A DNA stretch of 61,116 nt from Rickettsia typhi (GCA_945872855.1 CAMCAW010000005.1:1-61116), one strand, 5' to 3'. Numbered from the stretch's first letter, positions 29,543-39,923 are shown. Numbers and translations: made by a program. Notes: generated by a model from the letters alone, not told the origin.

Positions 29543-31573
29543 ATGAAAAAAACGCTGCTAATGATTTCTATAATCTTCTGCTCAATTCCACTCTACACTG
29601 AAGCAGCTCCACAAAGCAGCAATGCCAGTTTTTTTAATCCAGATGTATTCTCTCTTGCCAAGAAAAAAGAAAGTTCATTTGACGCCCCATCATCGGTTTA
29701 TGTTTTATCATCGGAAGATATCAGAAGATCGGGAGTTACCTCAATTCCTGAGGCTTTAAGATTGGTTCCTGGAATACAAGTTGCGAGAATCAGCGGCAAC
29801 GCATGGGCAATTAGTTCGCGAGGAATGAACCATCAATATGCTAGCAAACTTTTAGTTTTGGTTGATGGATTAACCATATATACGCCAATATTTTCGGGTA
29901 CTTTTTGGGATAATCAAGATTATGTGCTTGAAGATATTGACAGAGTTGAAGTTATCAGGGGGCCGGGTGGAAGTATCTGGGGGGCGAATGCGATGAATGG
30001 TATTATCAATATCATCACTAAAAATTCTGCGCAAACGCAAGGCAGTTATTTATCGCAAACTTTTGGTAATAACGATAAATCAATTAGTGAGGCTAGATAT
30101 GGTGGCAAAACCGCAAGTCTCGATACATATAGAGTGTATGCAAAGCATGCAGTGAGGGGGTCTTTTACCAAAATGAATGATGGAAGATCTAATGCGGATG
30201 GCACCGTAAATAATCATGGCAATGGCAGTAATAACGATGGAATTGTCAGTAGCCGCGCTGGCTTTAAATATGATCTCTCTTCGGTAAAAGATAATGCTAT
30301 TACGATTAGCAGTGATTTTTTTGACACTAAATCAAATAATTATTTTCAAACTTCGCTCTTTGGAGATTCGACCGATGCCAAAGTTAATACTGGCGGAAAT
30401 ATCGTTTTAAACTGGAATAAGGAGATATCGAAAAAGTCCAACATACTTGTTCAGAGCTATTTTTATTATACCAGAAATAACATTAATGCGGTTGATTTTC
30501 ATGAGAGAATTGCTGATGTAGATTTCCAGCATTTCTATAATTTTTCAAAAGAAAACCAATTTATTTGGGGGCTTGGATATAAAAATATTCAAGACAAAAT
30601 CGGCGCAAGTACGGTTGATGCTGGAGCGGGGTCCTTTGTGCCTCTAGAATATTTTCCGAGCACAAGAAATATCGCGATTTATAGCGCTTTCTTGCAAGAT
30701 AAAATTGGTCTAATTCCAAATGAATTATATCTGACTATCGGTTCAAAATTTGAGCGTAATGATCAGACTGGTTTTGAATATCAGCCGAATGCGCGCTTAG
30801 CATATTATCCAACTCGCAATCAAACAGTTTGGGCTGCGGTGTCTAGAGCCATAAGAACTCCAACTCGAGGTGAAGATAGTATTGAAATTAAAGTTGATCC
30901 AGCAACCACGGTTACGCGAGGCGCTCCCACTTCCATTGCCGAAACGGTTACGTCATATGAGCTTGGATATAGGGTGAAGCCAACTTATCAAACTTCGATC
31001 GATATATCGGCATTTTATAATCAATATTCTCATCTCGGTACATTTGATGCCGACACCACAAACGGCGCGCCAGGAGTGCCAACAGCTTCTAACAGCGGCT
31101 ATGCTAAAACCTATGGTTTAGAATTTACTGGAAAATGGCAGGCCACAGATTTTTGGAGGCTTGAAGTTGGTTATGATTTTTTAAGTCAAGACATCAGGCT
31201 TAATGCTGGAAGCAATGAAAATGATCCTGTGGCTTCTTCTCTCAATGTTGATAAATTAGTTTATTTCCAAAAAGCCTCTCCACGCAATCAATTAAAGCTC
31301 CGCTCATTCTTTAATCTTACCCCAAAAGTTGAGCTCGATAGCGCAGTTTATTATGTAGATTCGCTTCCAAGTAGAGATTATATAGAAGCTGGCACGCCAA
31401 GCTATATCCGTTGGGATGCCAGAATCGGCTATTTGCCGATAAAAAATATCGATCTAAGTTTTGCCATCCAAAATATTCTTGATGATAGGCATACAGAATT
31501 TAGCCCGGGCTTGTTTAATAATAGGATAGAGGTTGGCAGAACTTTCTACGGAAAAATTGCGGTACAATTTTAA
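29543..31573 (+). CDS. TonB-dependent receptor
   Basis: Plug domain (EDIRRSG..SIPEALRLVPG; IDRVEVIRGPG; GIINIITK), beta-barrel, C-terminal GRTFYGKIAVQF. Confidence 0.93.
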   Translation: MKKTLLMISIIFCSIPLYTEAAPQSSNASFFNPDVFSLAKKKESSFDAPSSVYVLSSEDIRRSGVTSIPEALRLVPGIQVARISGNAWAISSRGMNHQYASKLLVLVDGLTIYTPIFSGTFWDNQDYVLEDIDRVEVIRGPGGSIWGANAMNGIINIITKNSAQTQGSYLSQTFGNNDKSISEARYGGKTASLDTYRVYAKHAVRGSFTKMNDGRSNADGTVNNHGNGSNNDGIVSSRAGFKYDLSSVKDNAITISSDFFDTKSNNYFQTSLFGDSTDAKVNTGGNIVLNWNKEISKKSNILVQSYFYYTRNNINAVDFHERIADVDFQHFYNFSKENQFIWGLGYKNIQDKIGASTVDAGAGSFVPLEYFPSTRNIAIYSAFLQDKIGLIPNELYLTIGSKFERNDQTGFEYQPNARLAYYPTRNQTVWAAVSRAIRTPTRGEDSIEIKVDPATTVTRGAPTSIAETVTSYELGYRVKPTYQTSIDISAFYNQYSHLGTFDADTTNGAPGVPTASNSGYAKTYGLEFTGKWQATDFWRLEVGYDFLSQDIRLNAGSNENDPVASSLNVDKLVYFQKASPRNQLKLRSFFNLTPKVELDSAVYYVDSLPSRDYIEAGTPSYIRWDARIGYLPIKNIDLSFAIQNILDDRHTEFSPGLFNNRIEVGRTFYGKIAVQF

Positions 31574-31594
31574 TTTTTCATCACCATCGAAACC

Positions 31595-32119
31595 GTGAAA
31601 AGCTTAAAGAAGATAATACAAATTCTGAGTATATCGACGCTGTTGGCGCATCTTGTGGCGTTTAAGGCTATAGCGGCTCATGACCCCGAGGTTTCGCAAG
31701 CCTTTGCGTCTTTCATTGAAACCATGCATGCAAGCGTGCAAACCGTTAATAAATCCTCGTCAATTTGCATTTATGGCAGCGACGACATCTCTCTGCGCAT
31801 GCAATCTCAGAACAAATTAGTAGTTATTTTAGATGTTAATACTGCCTCAAAAAAGAACTATTACGGTGAGTGTCGTATTATTTATGTTGCAAAAGATAGC
31901 GAAAAATTTGTAAAGTCGTTTATCGAAACTTTAAATCGCTCTGGAGCTTTAACGGTCGCGGCTTTTGACAGTTTCGTTAATGATGGCGGCATGGTTTTCA
32001 TAGATCTCGGGCGTCGAGATTTCGAGTTAACGGTGAACTCGCAAGCTTTCAAAAAGTCTGGCGTAAAGCTAGATTCCGCAATCACCGCACTTATTATTAA
32101 TAATAAATCTCGTCAATAA
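31595..32119 (+). CDS. YfiR (DUF4154) family periplasmic protein
   Basis: Signal peptide, ICIYG..D, CRIIYV, LTV...F...GGM, FELTVN....SGVKLDS; follows the TBDR. Confidence 0.75.
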   Translation: MKSLKKIIQILSISTLLAHLVAFKAIAAHDPEVSQAFASFIETMHASVQTVNKSSSICIYGSDDISLRMQSQNKLVVILDVNTASKKNYYGECRIIYVAKDSEKFVKSFIETLNRSGALTVAAFDSFVNDGGMVFIDLGRRDFELTVNSQAFKKSGVKLDSAITALIINNKSRQ

Positions 32120-32122
32120 CTT

Positions 32123-32476
32123 ATGAGTGAAAAAATAAAAAAAGCCATCGACATTGAGTTTTTAAGAAGCGTTATTGAAGATGATCGTGAATTTGAAAAA
32201 GAATTATTCGCAATTTTTATAGAGAATGCCCAGCGCAATATTGTAAAAATGGAAGAGGCGATCAAGAAGGTTGATAATAATGCTTGGTATATGGCGTCTC
32301 ATGCGTTTAAAGGCGCGGCGGCATCTATTGGAGCATTTGAATTGTCGAAATCTTTAGAATATGCGCAAAGACATCCAGAGGATAATATGGATGAAAAGAT
32401 GGAGATTTTGCAAAAGATTCGCGATGAATTTAAGTTGGTGTTAGATTTTATTAATGAGGAGTTGGGGGTTGCTTGA
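32123..32476 (+). CDS. Stand-alone Hpt phosphotransfer protein
   Basis: SHAFKGAAASIGA motif, all-helical, 117 aa. Confidence 0.88.
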   Translation: MSEKIKKAIDIEFLRSVIEDDREFEKELFAIFIENAQRNIVKMEEAIKKVDNNAWYMASHAFKGAAASIGAFELSKSLEYAQRHPEDNMDEKMEILQKIRDEFKLVLDFINEELGVA

Positions 32477-32502
32477 GATATAGAGTTTACTTTTTTAAAT
32501 GA

Positions 32503-32526
32503 AGCGGGCGAGGGCTCGCTTTTTTT
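32503..32526 (+). terminator. Intrinsic terminator ending the GNAT-TBDR-YfiR-Hpt operon
   Basis: agcgggc-gagg-gctcgct followed by a T-tract. Confidence 0.7.
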
Positions 32527-32682
32527 ATGGAAGAAAAATATATGATAACGAAAGATGTAAAAGTATTATTACTAAAAACATAAAAAATGAAAAAACGCTT
32601 GTTAGAGCAAGAAAAAGTTGGGCGCACGATGCCTTGTTGCTTTGTAGATGAGGGAATGCATGCTTGGAGGATCTATTTATAG

Positions 32683-34299
32683 ATGCAAATAAAAAGTTTT
32701 GTTAATATTGCTAAATTAAATCAGATATTTTTTTATTTATTCTTCGCGATATTTTTTATTGTATATTTTTTGTTGCTATTTGCTGCTAATACCGATCTCA
32801 GCGCTGGCAAATATGTGCTGTTCATGGATGAGCTGCTAACTTTTGAAGGTGCAGAAAAAATTTATCACTCTACAAATTTACAAGAATTTTATCTTAATGT
32901 TGTTGATGGAAAAGATCATCGCTATGGGCGTATCATGTGGAATTTATATGCGCTCACCTCCTATATTCCCTATTTAATTTTTGGCGAAAGTGGACAAATT
33001 ATCGCTACCAGATTTACACAAGATCTTATTTTATTCGCAGCATATCTTATTTTAGTTTGGAGTTTTCTCAAAAGCTTTTATCTCAGAATTGCTGCTTTTG
33101 CAATTTTATTGTGCCTGCCTTCCACGCCATATTACTCCTCAATGCCAAAGCCAGAGCCAATCCAACTCTTGTTCCTTGCTTTATTTTTAATGTTTGTTTT
33201 GCGCGATGGATTTCAAAAAAGTAGAAAATGGATTTTTTTAGGAATCGCATTTGGGGCAAAAATTTCTATATTACCTTATGTTTTATGCTTGTTCTTATTG
33301 AATTTATTGAATTTTTCTTTTCCACAAGAGATAAAAAATGCTGTAAAAAACAGCGCAAAGAATTTTGGGTTTTTCTTTTTAGGTTTAATAATTGCGGTGC
33401 CAGTTTTTTTACGTGGACATGTTGCAATTTATATAAAATCAACCTTCAAAAACACTGGGCATGGCAGCGACGATGCTTCCATTAACGTTATAAGCTGGAT
33501 AAAATTTTTGCATGATGATTATTTCTATCCAATATTTTGGCTGATTATTTTGATAGTGGCTATGTTGGCGATTTATTATTGCTATAAATTTTCTAAAATT
33601 AGAAATTTAAATTTTCTAAAAGACGAAAAATTATCTTTATTATTGGTTGGAAGCTTTAGTTTATTTTTGCCAATAATTTTAAAAACGCATAGGCTTTGGG
33701 GCTTTTATTTGCACATTGCGGCGGCGTTATTATTTTTGGCACTTTTTGTGATGATTGAGGAAACAATTAAATTTGGAACAGGGCAATTGCAAAATAAAAT
33801 TAAGGCGCAGTTTCTAGCTTTATTTTATTCCATTTTACTGTTTGTTGTTTTTGTAAATTTTTCAATTCATAGTTTCAATAAATATCTAGAATTGGCGCGA
33901 CGCACTGATACCGCAGGCTATCAAGAGCAAAAGCGTGAACATGATTTTCTAAAAAAATTTTTACTACAAACTCATCAAGATAAAGATAGGGTAATCAGCG
34001 TCTTAATGGATCTATCGCTTTTTACAATTAACTCTTCAGATGATTATAAAATAGCGCCAATATTCTCTCCAATGCGTCAGTGGGACGAGAATTATGATGT
34101 GGTAATTATTTATAAAAATTCTCTAGATTTTGAATCTATCAAAGAAACAAATGAACAATATAATGAATATTTGCAGGCGCGCAAAACATATTTAGAGCAT
34201 GTTATTTTGGGTGGCAAAAAATGTTTGCAAGAGTTATGTTATGTTGAATATACGGGCCATTCCTTAGATAAGGTTAAAATTTTTATGAAACAAAAATGA
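32683..34299 (+). CDS. Polytopic membrane protein, GT-C (ArnT/PMT/GtrC-like) glycosyltransferase
   Basis: Many TM segments; MDE after TM1; KPEP and GAK motifs. Confidence 0.6.
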   Translation: MQIKSFVNIAKLNQIFFYLFFAIFFIVYFLLLFAANTDLSAGKYVLFMDELLTFEGAEKIYHSTNLQEFYLNVVDGKDHRYGRIMWNLYALTSYIPYLIFGESGQIIATRFTQDLILFAAYLILVWSFLKSFYLRIAAFAILLCLPSTPYYSSMPKPEPIQLLFLALFLMFVLRDGFQKSRKWIFLGIAFGAKISILPYVLCLFLLNLLNFSFPQEIKNAVKNSAKNFGFFFLGLIIAVPVFLRGHVAIYIKSTFKNTGHGSDDASINVISWIKFLHDDYFYPIFWLIILIVAMLAIYYCYKFSKIRNLNFLKDEKLSLLLVGSFSLFLPIILKTHRLWGFYLHIAAALLFLALFVMIEETIKFGTGQLQNKIKAQFLALFYSILLFVVFVNFSIHSFNKYLELARRTDTAGYQEQKREHDFLKKFLLQTHQDKDRVISVLMDLSLFTINSSDDYKIAPIFSPMRQWDENYDVVIIYKNSLDFESIKETNEQYNEYLQARKTYLEHVILGGKKCLQELCYVEYTGHSLDKVKIFMKQK

Positions 34300-34682
34300 T
34301 AAAAAAAGCTTCAATAGAATTTATCAAATTTTGTGTAGTTGGCGTGGTTTCAACATTGGTTAATTATGGCATTTTTTATGCAGCGCTTAACTTTCTAGCT
34401 TTTCATTACTTGATTGCTTCTGTTCTAGGATTTATTTCTGGCCTTGTAATTGGCTACCCTATTAACAAATGTTGGACATTCTCTAGTAAGAATAGCTCAA
34501 AAACTCACATCTATCCATATCTTGTCACATATTTAGTCTCGCTGATTTTAAGTTTAATTTTCTTAAAAATAGCCGTAGAATATTGTGGAATAGCCCCAGA
34601 AATAGCTAATATTTTAGCTATTATATTAACCACTTGCACAAATTTTATTGGTACAAAATTTTTTGTTTTTAAAGCTGTATGA
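34296..34682 (+). CDS. GtrA-family lipid-linked sugar translocase
   Basis: KFCVVGVVSTLVNY, INKCWTF, NFIGTKFFVF; four TM segments. Confidence 0.9.
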   Translation: MIKKASIEFIKFCVVGVVSTLVNYGIFYAALNFLAFHYLIASVLGFISGLVIGYPINKCWTFSSKNSSKTHIYPYLVTYLVSLILSLIFLKIAVEYCGIAPEIANILAIILTTCTNFIGTKFFVFKAV

Positions 34683-35293
34683 ACATTATTTCTCACAGAA
34701 TTAACACGATTGCGCAATTACAAAATGTACCAAAAAACTTTGGCATAGAACTCGATGTTCGCTATCACGAAGATGAGTTGGTGCTGCATCACGATCCTTT
34801 CGCTCATCATAAAAACGACCCACAAAATTTTCGTGAATTTCTTTCTGCTTATAATTGCAGTGGTCCAATGATCCTAAATATCAAAACCGAAGGCGTTGAA
34901 AAAAGATGTATTGAATTGATGAATGAATTTAAAATTACAAATTGGTTTTTCCTCGATTTATCGATGCCATATTTTGTGAAATATGCTAAAGAAGGCTCTA
35001 TTCAAGGCTTTGGCCCCGATAATTTAGCAGTAAGATTCTCTGAAGCCGAGCCACTTGAATATGCCATAAGTTTTGCTGGTAAAGCGCGCTGGGTTTGGGT
35101 TGATTGCTTTACAAAATTACCAATTGATGATGTAATTTATAGAGAATTGCAGCAGGCAGGGTTTAAGATTTGCCTAGTTTCTCCAGAGTTGCAGGGTCAT
35201 TCTGCCGAAAGAATCTCTGAATTCAGGGTGCAGTTAGCAGGAAAGGAAATTGATGCAGTCTGTACAAAATATGCAAATTTGTGGTTGGAGTAA
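34679..35293 (+). CDS. GDPD/PI-PLC-like phosphodiesterase-fold protein
   Basis: SHR, GIELDVR, HHDP, LNIK, WVD, VCT. Confidence 0.7.
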   Translation: MNIISHRINTIAQLQNVPKNFGIELDVRYHEDELVLHHDPFAHHKNDPQNFREFLSAYNCSGPMILNIKTEGVEKRCIELMNEFKITNWFFLDLSMPYFVKYAKEGSIQGFGPDNLAVRFSEAEPLEYAISFAGKARWVWVDCFTKLPIDDVIYRELQQAGFKICLVSPELQGHSAERISEFRVQLAGKEIDAVCTKYANLWLE

Positions 35294-35324
35294 TATTTTT
35301 GTGATTAAAGTATATAGCGAGAAA

Positions 35325-37421
35325 ATGAATAAAAATATTTTTAGTGATTTAATAAAATCAAAATTGTTTTGGCTTGGATTTTCCATTAAAATTTTTTGTG
35401 CAGCAATTTTTGCATCAAAATTTTTAAGTGATTTATTTCTGCCTTTTATTGATTTTTATGTTGGCTCATCTTTTGCGAATCCTTACGAGCATTTTGCTGT
35501 AGAGGGTAGGAGTAACATGTTTCCTTATCCATCTTTAATGCTTTGGATATTATCTGCGCCCTATTTTCTCTATATTCATATTGCAGAATTATCGGTTTTT
35601 TTAGCAATATTTTCTCTTAAAATTTCTTTAATTATTGCCGATTTTGTAATTCTAATAATTTTGCTGCAATGGCTTAAGGGTAGGGTGCGTGAGGTGATAT
35701 TATTTTATTGGCTCTCTCCTGTTTTAATTTATATTAGCTATATTCACGGTCAGCTTGACGCTATTCCGATCGCCATTTTATTTACAGCTCTTTATTTTTT
35801 ATTCAAAGAAAAATTTATTGCCGCCGCTATTTTTCTGGCATTGGCTATTTCTTGCAAAACTCATATCATAATTGCGCTGCCATTCTTTTTGGTTTATCTA
35901 TTTTTGCGACATTTAAAGGTTGCTAATATTCTTGCTTTTGTCGCGGCTGTTGTTGTTATATTTATAGCCATAAATGCTCATTATCTAAGCTCTCAAGGCT
36001 TTATCGCAACGGTGTTGATGAATAGCGAGCAAGGCAAAATATTCGATTCATTTTATCAGCTTAATCACAATTTATTTTTCTTTTTTATACCAGCTGCCTA
36101 TTTATTGCTTTTGGCAAAATCTCTTTCAATTAAGGGCTATAATCGCGATATTTTTATCATGTTTTTGGGATTTGGTTTTGGCGTGATAAATATTTTTATA
36201 CCACCAATGCAAGGTTGGTATTATTGGATTATTCCGTTTTTGACTTATTTTTATATCAAGCAAAAAAATGCTCCGATTTACCTGTTTTTATTTTTGCAAA
36301 TATCCTACATCGCTTATTTTGCAGCGATAAAAAATTCTGATTTTTTTCAGGTTTTTCAATTTATTTCTCCACAAATTTCAAGCCTACCTAATCTTTATGA
36401 GGCCTTGGCGCAAGCCGGTTTCAACAGTGATCAATTGGTTAGTATTGTATTCACAATTTTACAAACCGCGCTAATACTTAATTGTTTCTGGATTTATCGC
36501 GATGGCATTAATAATTACTTAAAGCACAAGTTATCTTCGCAGCCATATCTAATTGGAATTTCTGGCGATTCTGGAGCTGGCAAAACCACTTTGGTTGAGG
36601 GTTTGTCCAATATTTTTGGTGGAAAAAATATTGCCACAATTTGTGGTGATGATATGCATAAATGGGAACGGGGCCATGATAAATGGCAAGATTTTACGCA
36701 CCTAAACCCAAGTGCCAACAGCATTCACGGCGAAATATCATTTTTGCAGTCCCTAAAAAATGGACAAAAAATCATGCGAAAACTTTATGATCATGGGCAA
36801 GGAAAGTTTACCAAGCCTAGAGAAATAAGGACCAATAGAATCGTAATTTTTGAAGGCCTACATAGTTTTTATATTGAGGCGGTAAGAAAAATTTTTGATG
36901 TTAAAATATTTATCAAGCCAGAAGAGAGATTGCGCTTACATTGGAAAATCACTAGAGATCAAGCCAAGCGCGGTTATTCGAGAGAAAAAATTGTAGAGCA
37001 GTTAAAAAAGCGCGAAGAAGATTCTTATAAATTTATCGCCTCACAAGAAAAATTTTCTGATATTAAAATTGAAATTTTTCCTACTCATGAAATTCGAAAT
37101 ATTGGCGATGTAAATGAGAAAATAAATTTAAAAACCAAAATAATATTTTCTAATAATATCGATGTTGAGCCCTTTATTAACGCCACTTCTAAGATTGAGT
37201 CATTAAATATTGTGCATGCCTATGGTGATCGTGGCGAGCAATCTCTTGAGATCTCCGGATTGGCTAATATAAAGGATCTGGAGCATTGTGGTAATGACTT
37301 ATTGTCTTATGATTTTGACGAAATTAATTTTTCTCAACCGAAATGGATAGCTGATATTGCTGGAGTCATACAAGTTTTCTTAGCATTTTATATCATTAAA
37401 ACTGAACTAAAAAATAAATGA
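35325..37421 (+). CDS. Fusion of a GT-C (GT87/PIG-M-like) membrane domain and a phosphoribulokinase/uridine kinase-like P-loop domain
   Basis: N-terminal multi-TM part with HGQLD; C-terminal GISGDSGAGKTT, GDDMH, LNPSAN, YDH, EGLH, RD..KRG. Confidence 0.75.
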   Translation: MNKNIFSDLIKSKLFWLGFSIKIFCAAIFASKFLSDLFLPFIDFYVGSSFANPYEHFAVEGRSNMFPYPSLMLWILSAPYFLYIHIAELSVFLAIFSLKISLIIADFVILIILLQWLKGRVREVILFYWLSPVLIYISYIHGQLDAIPIAILFTALYFLFKEKFIAAAIFLALAISCKTHIIIALPFFLVYLFLRHLKVANILAFVAAVVVIFIAINAHYLSSQGFIATVLMNSEQGKIFDSFYQLNHNLFFFFIPAAYLLLLAKSLSIKGYNRDIFIMFLGFGFGVINIFIPPMQGWYYWIIPFLTYFYIKQKNAPIYLFLFLQISYIAYFAAIKNSDFFQVFQFISPQISSLPNLYEALAQAGFNSDQLVSIVFTILQTALILNCFWIYRDGINNYLKHKLSSQPYLIGISGDSGAGKTTLVEGLSNIFGGKNIATICGDDMHKWERGHDKWQDFTHLNPSANSIHGEISFLQSLKNGQKIMRKLYDHGQGKFTKPREIRTNRIVIFEGLHSFYIEAVRKIFDVKIFIKPEERLRLHWKITRDQAKRGYSREKIVEQLKKREEDSYKFIASQEKFSDIKIEIFPTHEIRNIGDVNEKINLKTKIIFSNNIDVEPFINATSKIESLNIVHAYGDRGEQSLEISGLANIKDLEHCGNDLLSYDFDEINFSQPKWIADIAGVIQVFLAFYIIKTELKNK

Positions 37422-38317
37422 AGCAAGAAATTAAAAATTTAATAGAAATATCTCATAAAATTGGCTCTAGGCTTGATTATGTGCAAGGTGGCGGCGGCAA
37501 TATTTCGGTTAAAATTTCTAGCGATTTAATGGCGATAAAAGCCTCGGGATATGAACTAAAAAATCTTAGTGAAAATGATGGATTTGCTTTTGTAAATTAT
37601 CAGAAAATTTCTAATGAAATAACTAAATTTTGTGCTGAGAAAAACGGTGATGATCAAGTTTTTTCTGCTGCAGTAAAATCATTGACGCTTAATATTGATA
37701 ATTACCCAAACCTTCGCCCATCAATGGAGACGGGATTCCATTCGCTTATTCCATTTCAATATGTGGCGCACACCCATTCTGTTTATGGTAATGTTTTAGC
37801 TTGCGCGAAAGAAGGTGAAAAAATTATACAAAAACTATTTCCGCAAAGTTTATTTGTAGAATACAGCAATCCGGGATGGCAGGTTACGGCAGCTATTTCA
37901 GAGGCTTTGCAGCGAAATTCGCGGCAAGAAAAATATCTGCCAAAAATTATTTTATTGCAAAATCACGGATTAATTATCTCTGCGAATGATGTTGATGAGG
38001 TTTTTGATTTGCATGAAGAGGTAAATCAAAAAATTAAATCTTATTTAAATTTAGAAAGTTTTGACCTCAATAAAATCAAGCTTCGAGAGCAAGGTTTTAT
38101 GACAAAACATATTTTATTTCCAGATCAAATTGTTTATGGGCTATTTGCAGAAATTGCCGAAAGTGAAATTGGGATTCACACTTTTTTAGCATATTCATAT
38201 ATTTTGCAAGCTATTGAGAGAGCTGCTTTAACACCACTTTTCTTGCAGCAAAAAGATATTGATTTTGTCGCTAATATGGAAAGTGAAAAATATCGTCGTG
38301 AGGTGGCTAAAAAATGA
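37418..38317 (+). CDS. Class II aldolase/adducin family protein
   Basis: GGGGNISVK, KASG, RPSMETGFH, HTH, LQNHG. Confidence 0.85.
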   Translation: MKQEIKNLIEISHKIGSRLDYVQGGGGNISVKISSDLMAIKASGYELKNLSENDGFAFVNYQKISNEITKFCAEKNGDDQVFSAAVKSLTLNIDNYPNLRPSMETGFHSLIPFQYVAHTHSVYGNVLACAKEGEKIIQKLFPQSLFVEYSNPGWQVTAAISEALQRNSRQEKYLPKIILLQNHGLIISANDVDEVFDLHEEVNQKIKSYLNLESFDLNKIKLREQGFMTKHILFPDQIVYGLFAEIAESEIGIHTFLAYSYILQAIERAALTPLFLQQKDIDFVANMESEKYRREVAKK

Positions 38318-39117
38318 AAATAATAATACCGATGTCTGGTCTTGGTTCGCGCTTTGTAGCCGCTGGTTACAAGGATCCAAAGCCATTAATTAAAGTTCAT
38401 AATAAGCCAATAATTGAGTGGGTTATTAAAATGCTTCCCGACGATGTTGGCGAAAAAAATGAGTTTATTTTTATTTGCCGCAAAGAGCATGTTGAAAATA
38501 CTAACATCGTTGCAGAGCTAGAGCGCATTAGGCCTGATGCCAAAATTATTGCGATTGAAAATCATAAAAGAGGCCCAGTTTATGCGGTTTCACTGGTTTT
38601 TAATGAAATCAAGAATGATGAGCCAATTCTCATCAGCTATTGCGATTATTACATGCATTGGAATTTTCTCGATTTTAAAAAAGCAGTTTTACAAAAAAAT
38701 ATTGATGGCGCAGTGCCTTGCTATACGGGCTTTCATCCGCATCTGATCCCGCAAAAAAATTTATATGCAGGTTGTTTTGTTGATGATAAAAAATTCTTGC
38801 TAGAGATTCGCGAGAAATTTTCTTTTGAAAAGGATAAAAGCAAAGGATTTAATTCTCCGGGGGCTTATTTTTTTAAAAATGGCGAGATATTAAAAAAATA
38901 TTTTCAAATGGCGTTGGATGAGGATTTGAGCCTTAATAACGAATATTATGTGAGCTTGGTTTATCAGTTAATGCTGCGCGATAAATTGAATATCCTAGTG
39001 CATGATAAAATCGATTATTTTTGTCAATGGGGCACACCAGAAGATTTGCAAGAATATCTTTTTTGGGTGGCGCAAATCAAAAATTGGAGCAATGCCACAA
39101 ATAATAAAATGCTATGA
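38314..39117 (+). CDS. Sugar-phosphate nucleotidyltransferase
   Basis: IPMSGLGSRF...PKPLI, YCD, EYYV, WGTPED. Confidence 0.85.
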   Translation: MKIIIPMSGLGSRFVAAGYKDPKPLIKVHNKPIIEWVIKMLPDDVGEKNEFIFICRKEHVENTNIVAELERIRPDAKIIAIENHKRGPVYAVSLVFNEIKNDEPILISYCDYYMHWNFLDFKKAVLQKNIDGAVPCYTGFHPHLIPQKNLYAGCFVDDKKFLLEIREKFSFEKDKSKGFNSPGAYFFKNGEILKKYFQMALDEDLSLNNEYYVSLVYQLMLRDKLNILVHDKIDYFCQWGTPEDLQEYLFWVAQIKNWSNATNNKML

Positions 39118-39923
39118 ACATACTAATTCCAATGGCTGGCGCTGGTAGTCGCTTTGTGCAAGAGGGCTATAAAATACACAAGCCAGCAATTCCTACGATT
39201 GATCGCAGAAGCGGTAAAGAGATTCCTATGGTAGTGGCTGCAACCCTAGACTTACCTAGTGCCAATTACGATTCTTGCCAAAAAACTAACAACATAATTT
39301 ATGTTGATCGAGATTTTCATCAAAAAGATGGCGTTGAAAGTGAAATAAAGAAATTTATTCCCCAAGCAAAATTTATCACAATTAATTATTTAACGGAAGG
39401 TCAAGCAAGTACGTGTTTATTGGCCAAAGAGCTTATTGATAATGATGAAGAATTATTAATTGCAGGATGTGATAACGGCATGGTTTTTGATGAGAAAAAA
39501 TTTGCCACAATGCGCAAAAGTTCTGATGTTTTGGTTTTTACTTATCGTAATAATGAAGCGGTTTTAGAAAACCCAGCAGCCTATGGCTGGATTGGCGTTG
39601 ACGCAGAAAATAAAGTTACAAAAGTTTCAGTAAAAAAACCGATTAGCGATAATCCGTTAAAAGACCATGCAATTGTTGCAACTTTCTGGTTTAAAAAAGG
39701 CTGTGATTTTGTGCGTGCGACAAAAAAAATGATCGCGCAAAATGATCGTATAAACGGTGAATTTTATGTTGATCTCGTTATTAAATATTGTGTCGAGCTT
39801 GGCCTAGAAACTAAAGCTTTTGAAATAGATCGTTATATAGGTTGGGGCACGCCAAAAGATTATGAAAATTATCAAAAAACATTTAAATATTGGGAGGGCT
39901 TTGTCGATGTCGAAAAATTATAA
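39114..39923 (+). CDS. Second sugar-phosphate nucleotidyltransferase paralog
   Basis: IPMAGAGSRF, TEGQA, GCD, NGEFYVD, WGTPKD. Confidence 0.85.
   Translation: MNILIPMAGAGSRFVQEGYKIHKPAIPTIDRRSGKEIPMVVAATLDLPSANYDSCQKTNNIIYVDRDFHQKDGVESEIKKFIPQAKFITINYLTEGQASTCLLAKELIDNDEELLIAGCDNGMVFDEKKFATMRKSSDVLVFTYRNNEAVLENPAAYGWIGVDAENKVTKVSVKKPISDNPLKDHAIVATFWFKKGCDFVRATKKMIAQNDRINGEFYVDLVIKYCVELGLETKAFEIDRYIGWGTPKDYENYQKTFKYWEGFVDVEKL

Noticed and set aside
32527-32682. Short ORFs between the Hpt and GT-C genes
   Set aside because: Very short, with no recognisable similarity.
36540-37421. PRK-like domain as evidence of a Calvin cycle
   Set aside because: It is fused to a membrane glycosyltransferase in a glycan cluster, and no cbb genes are in the window.
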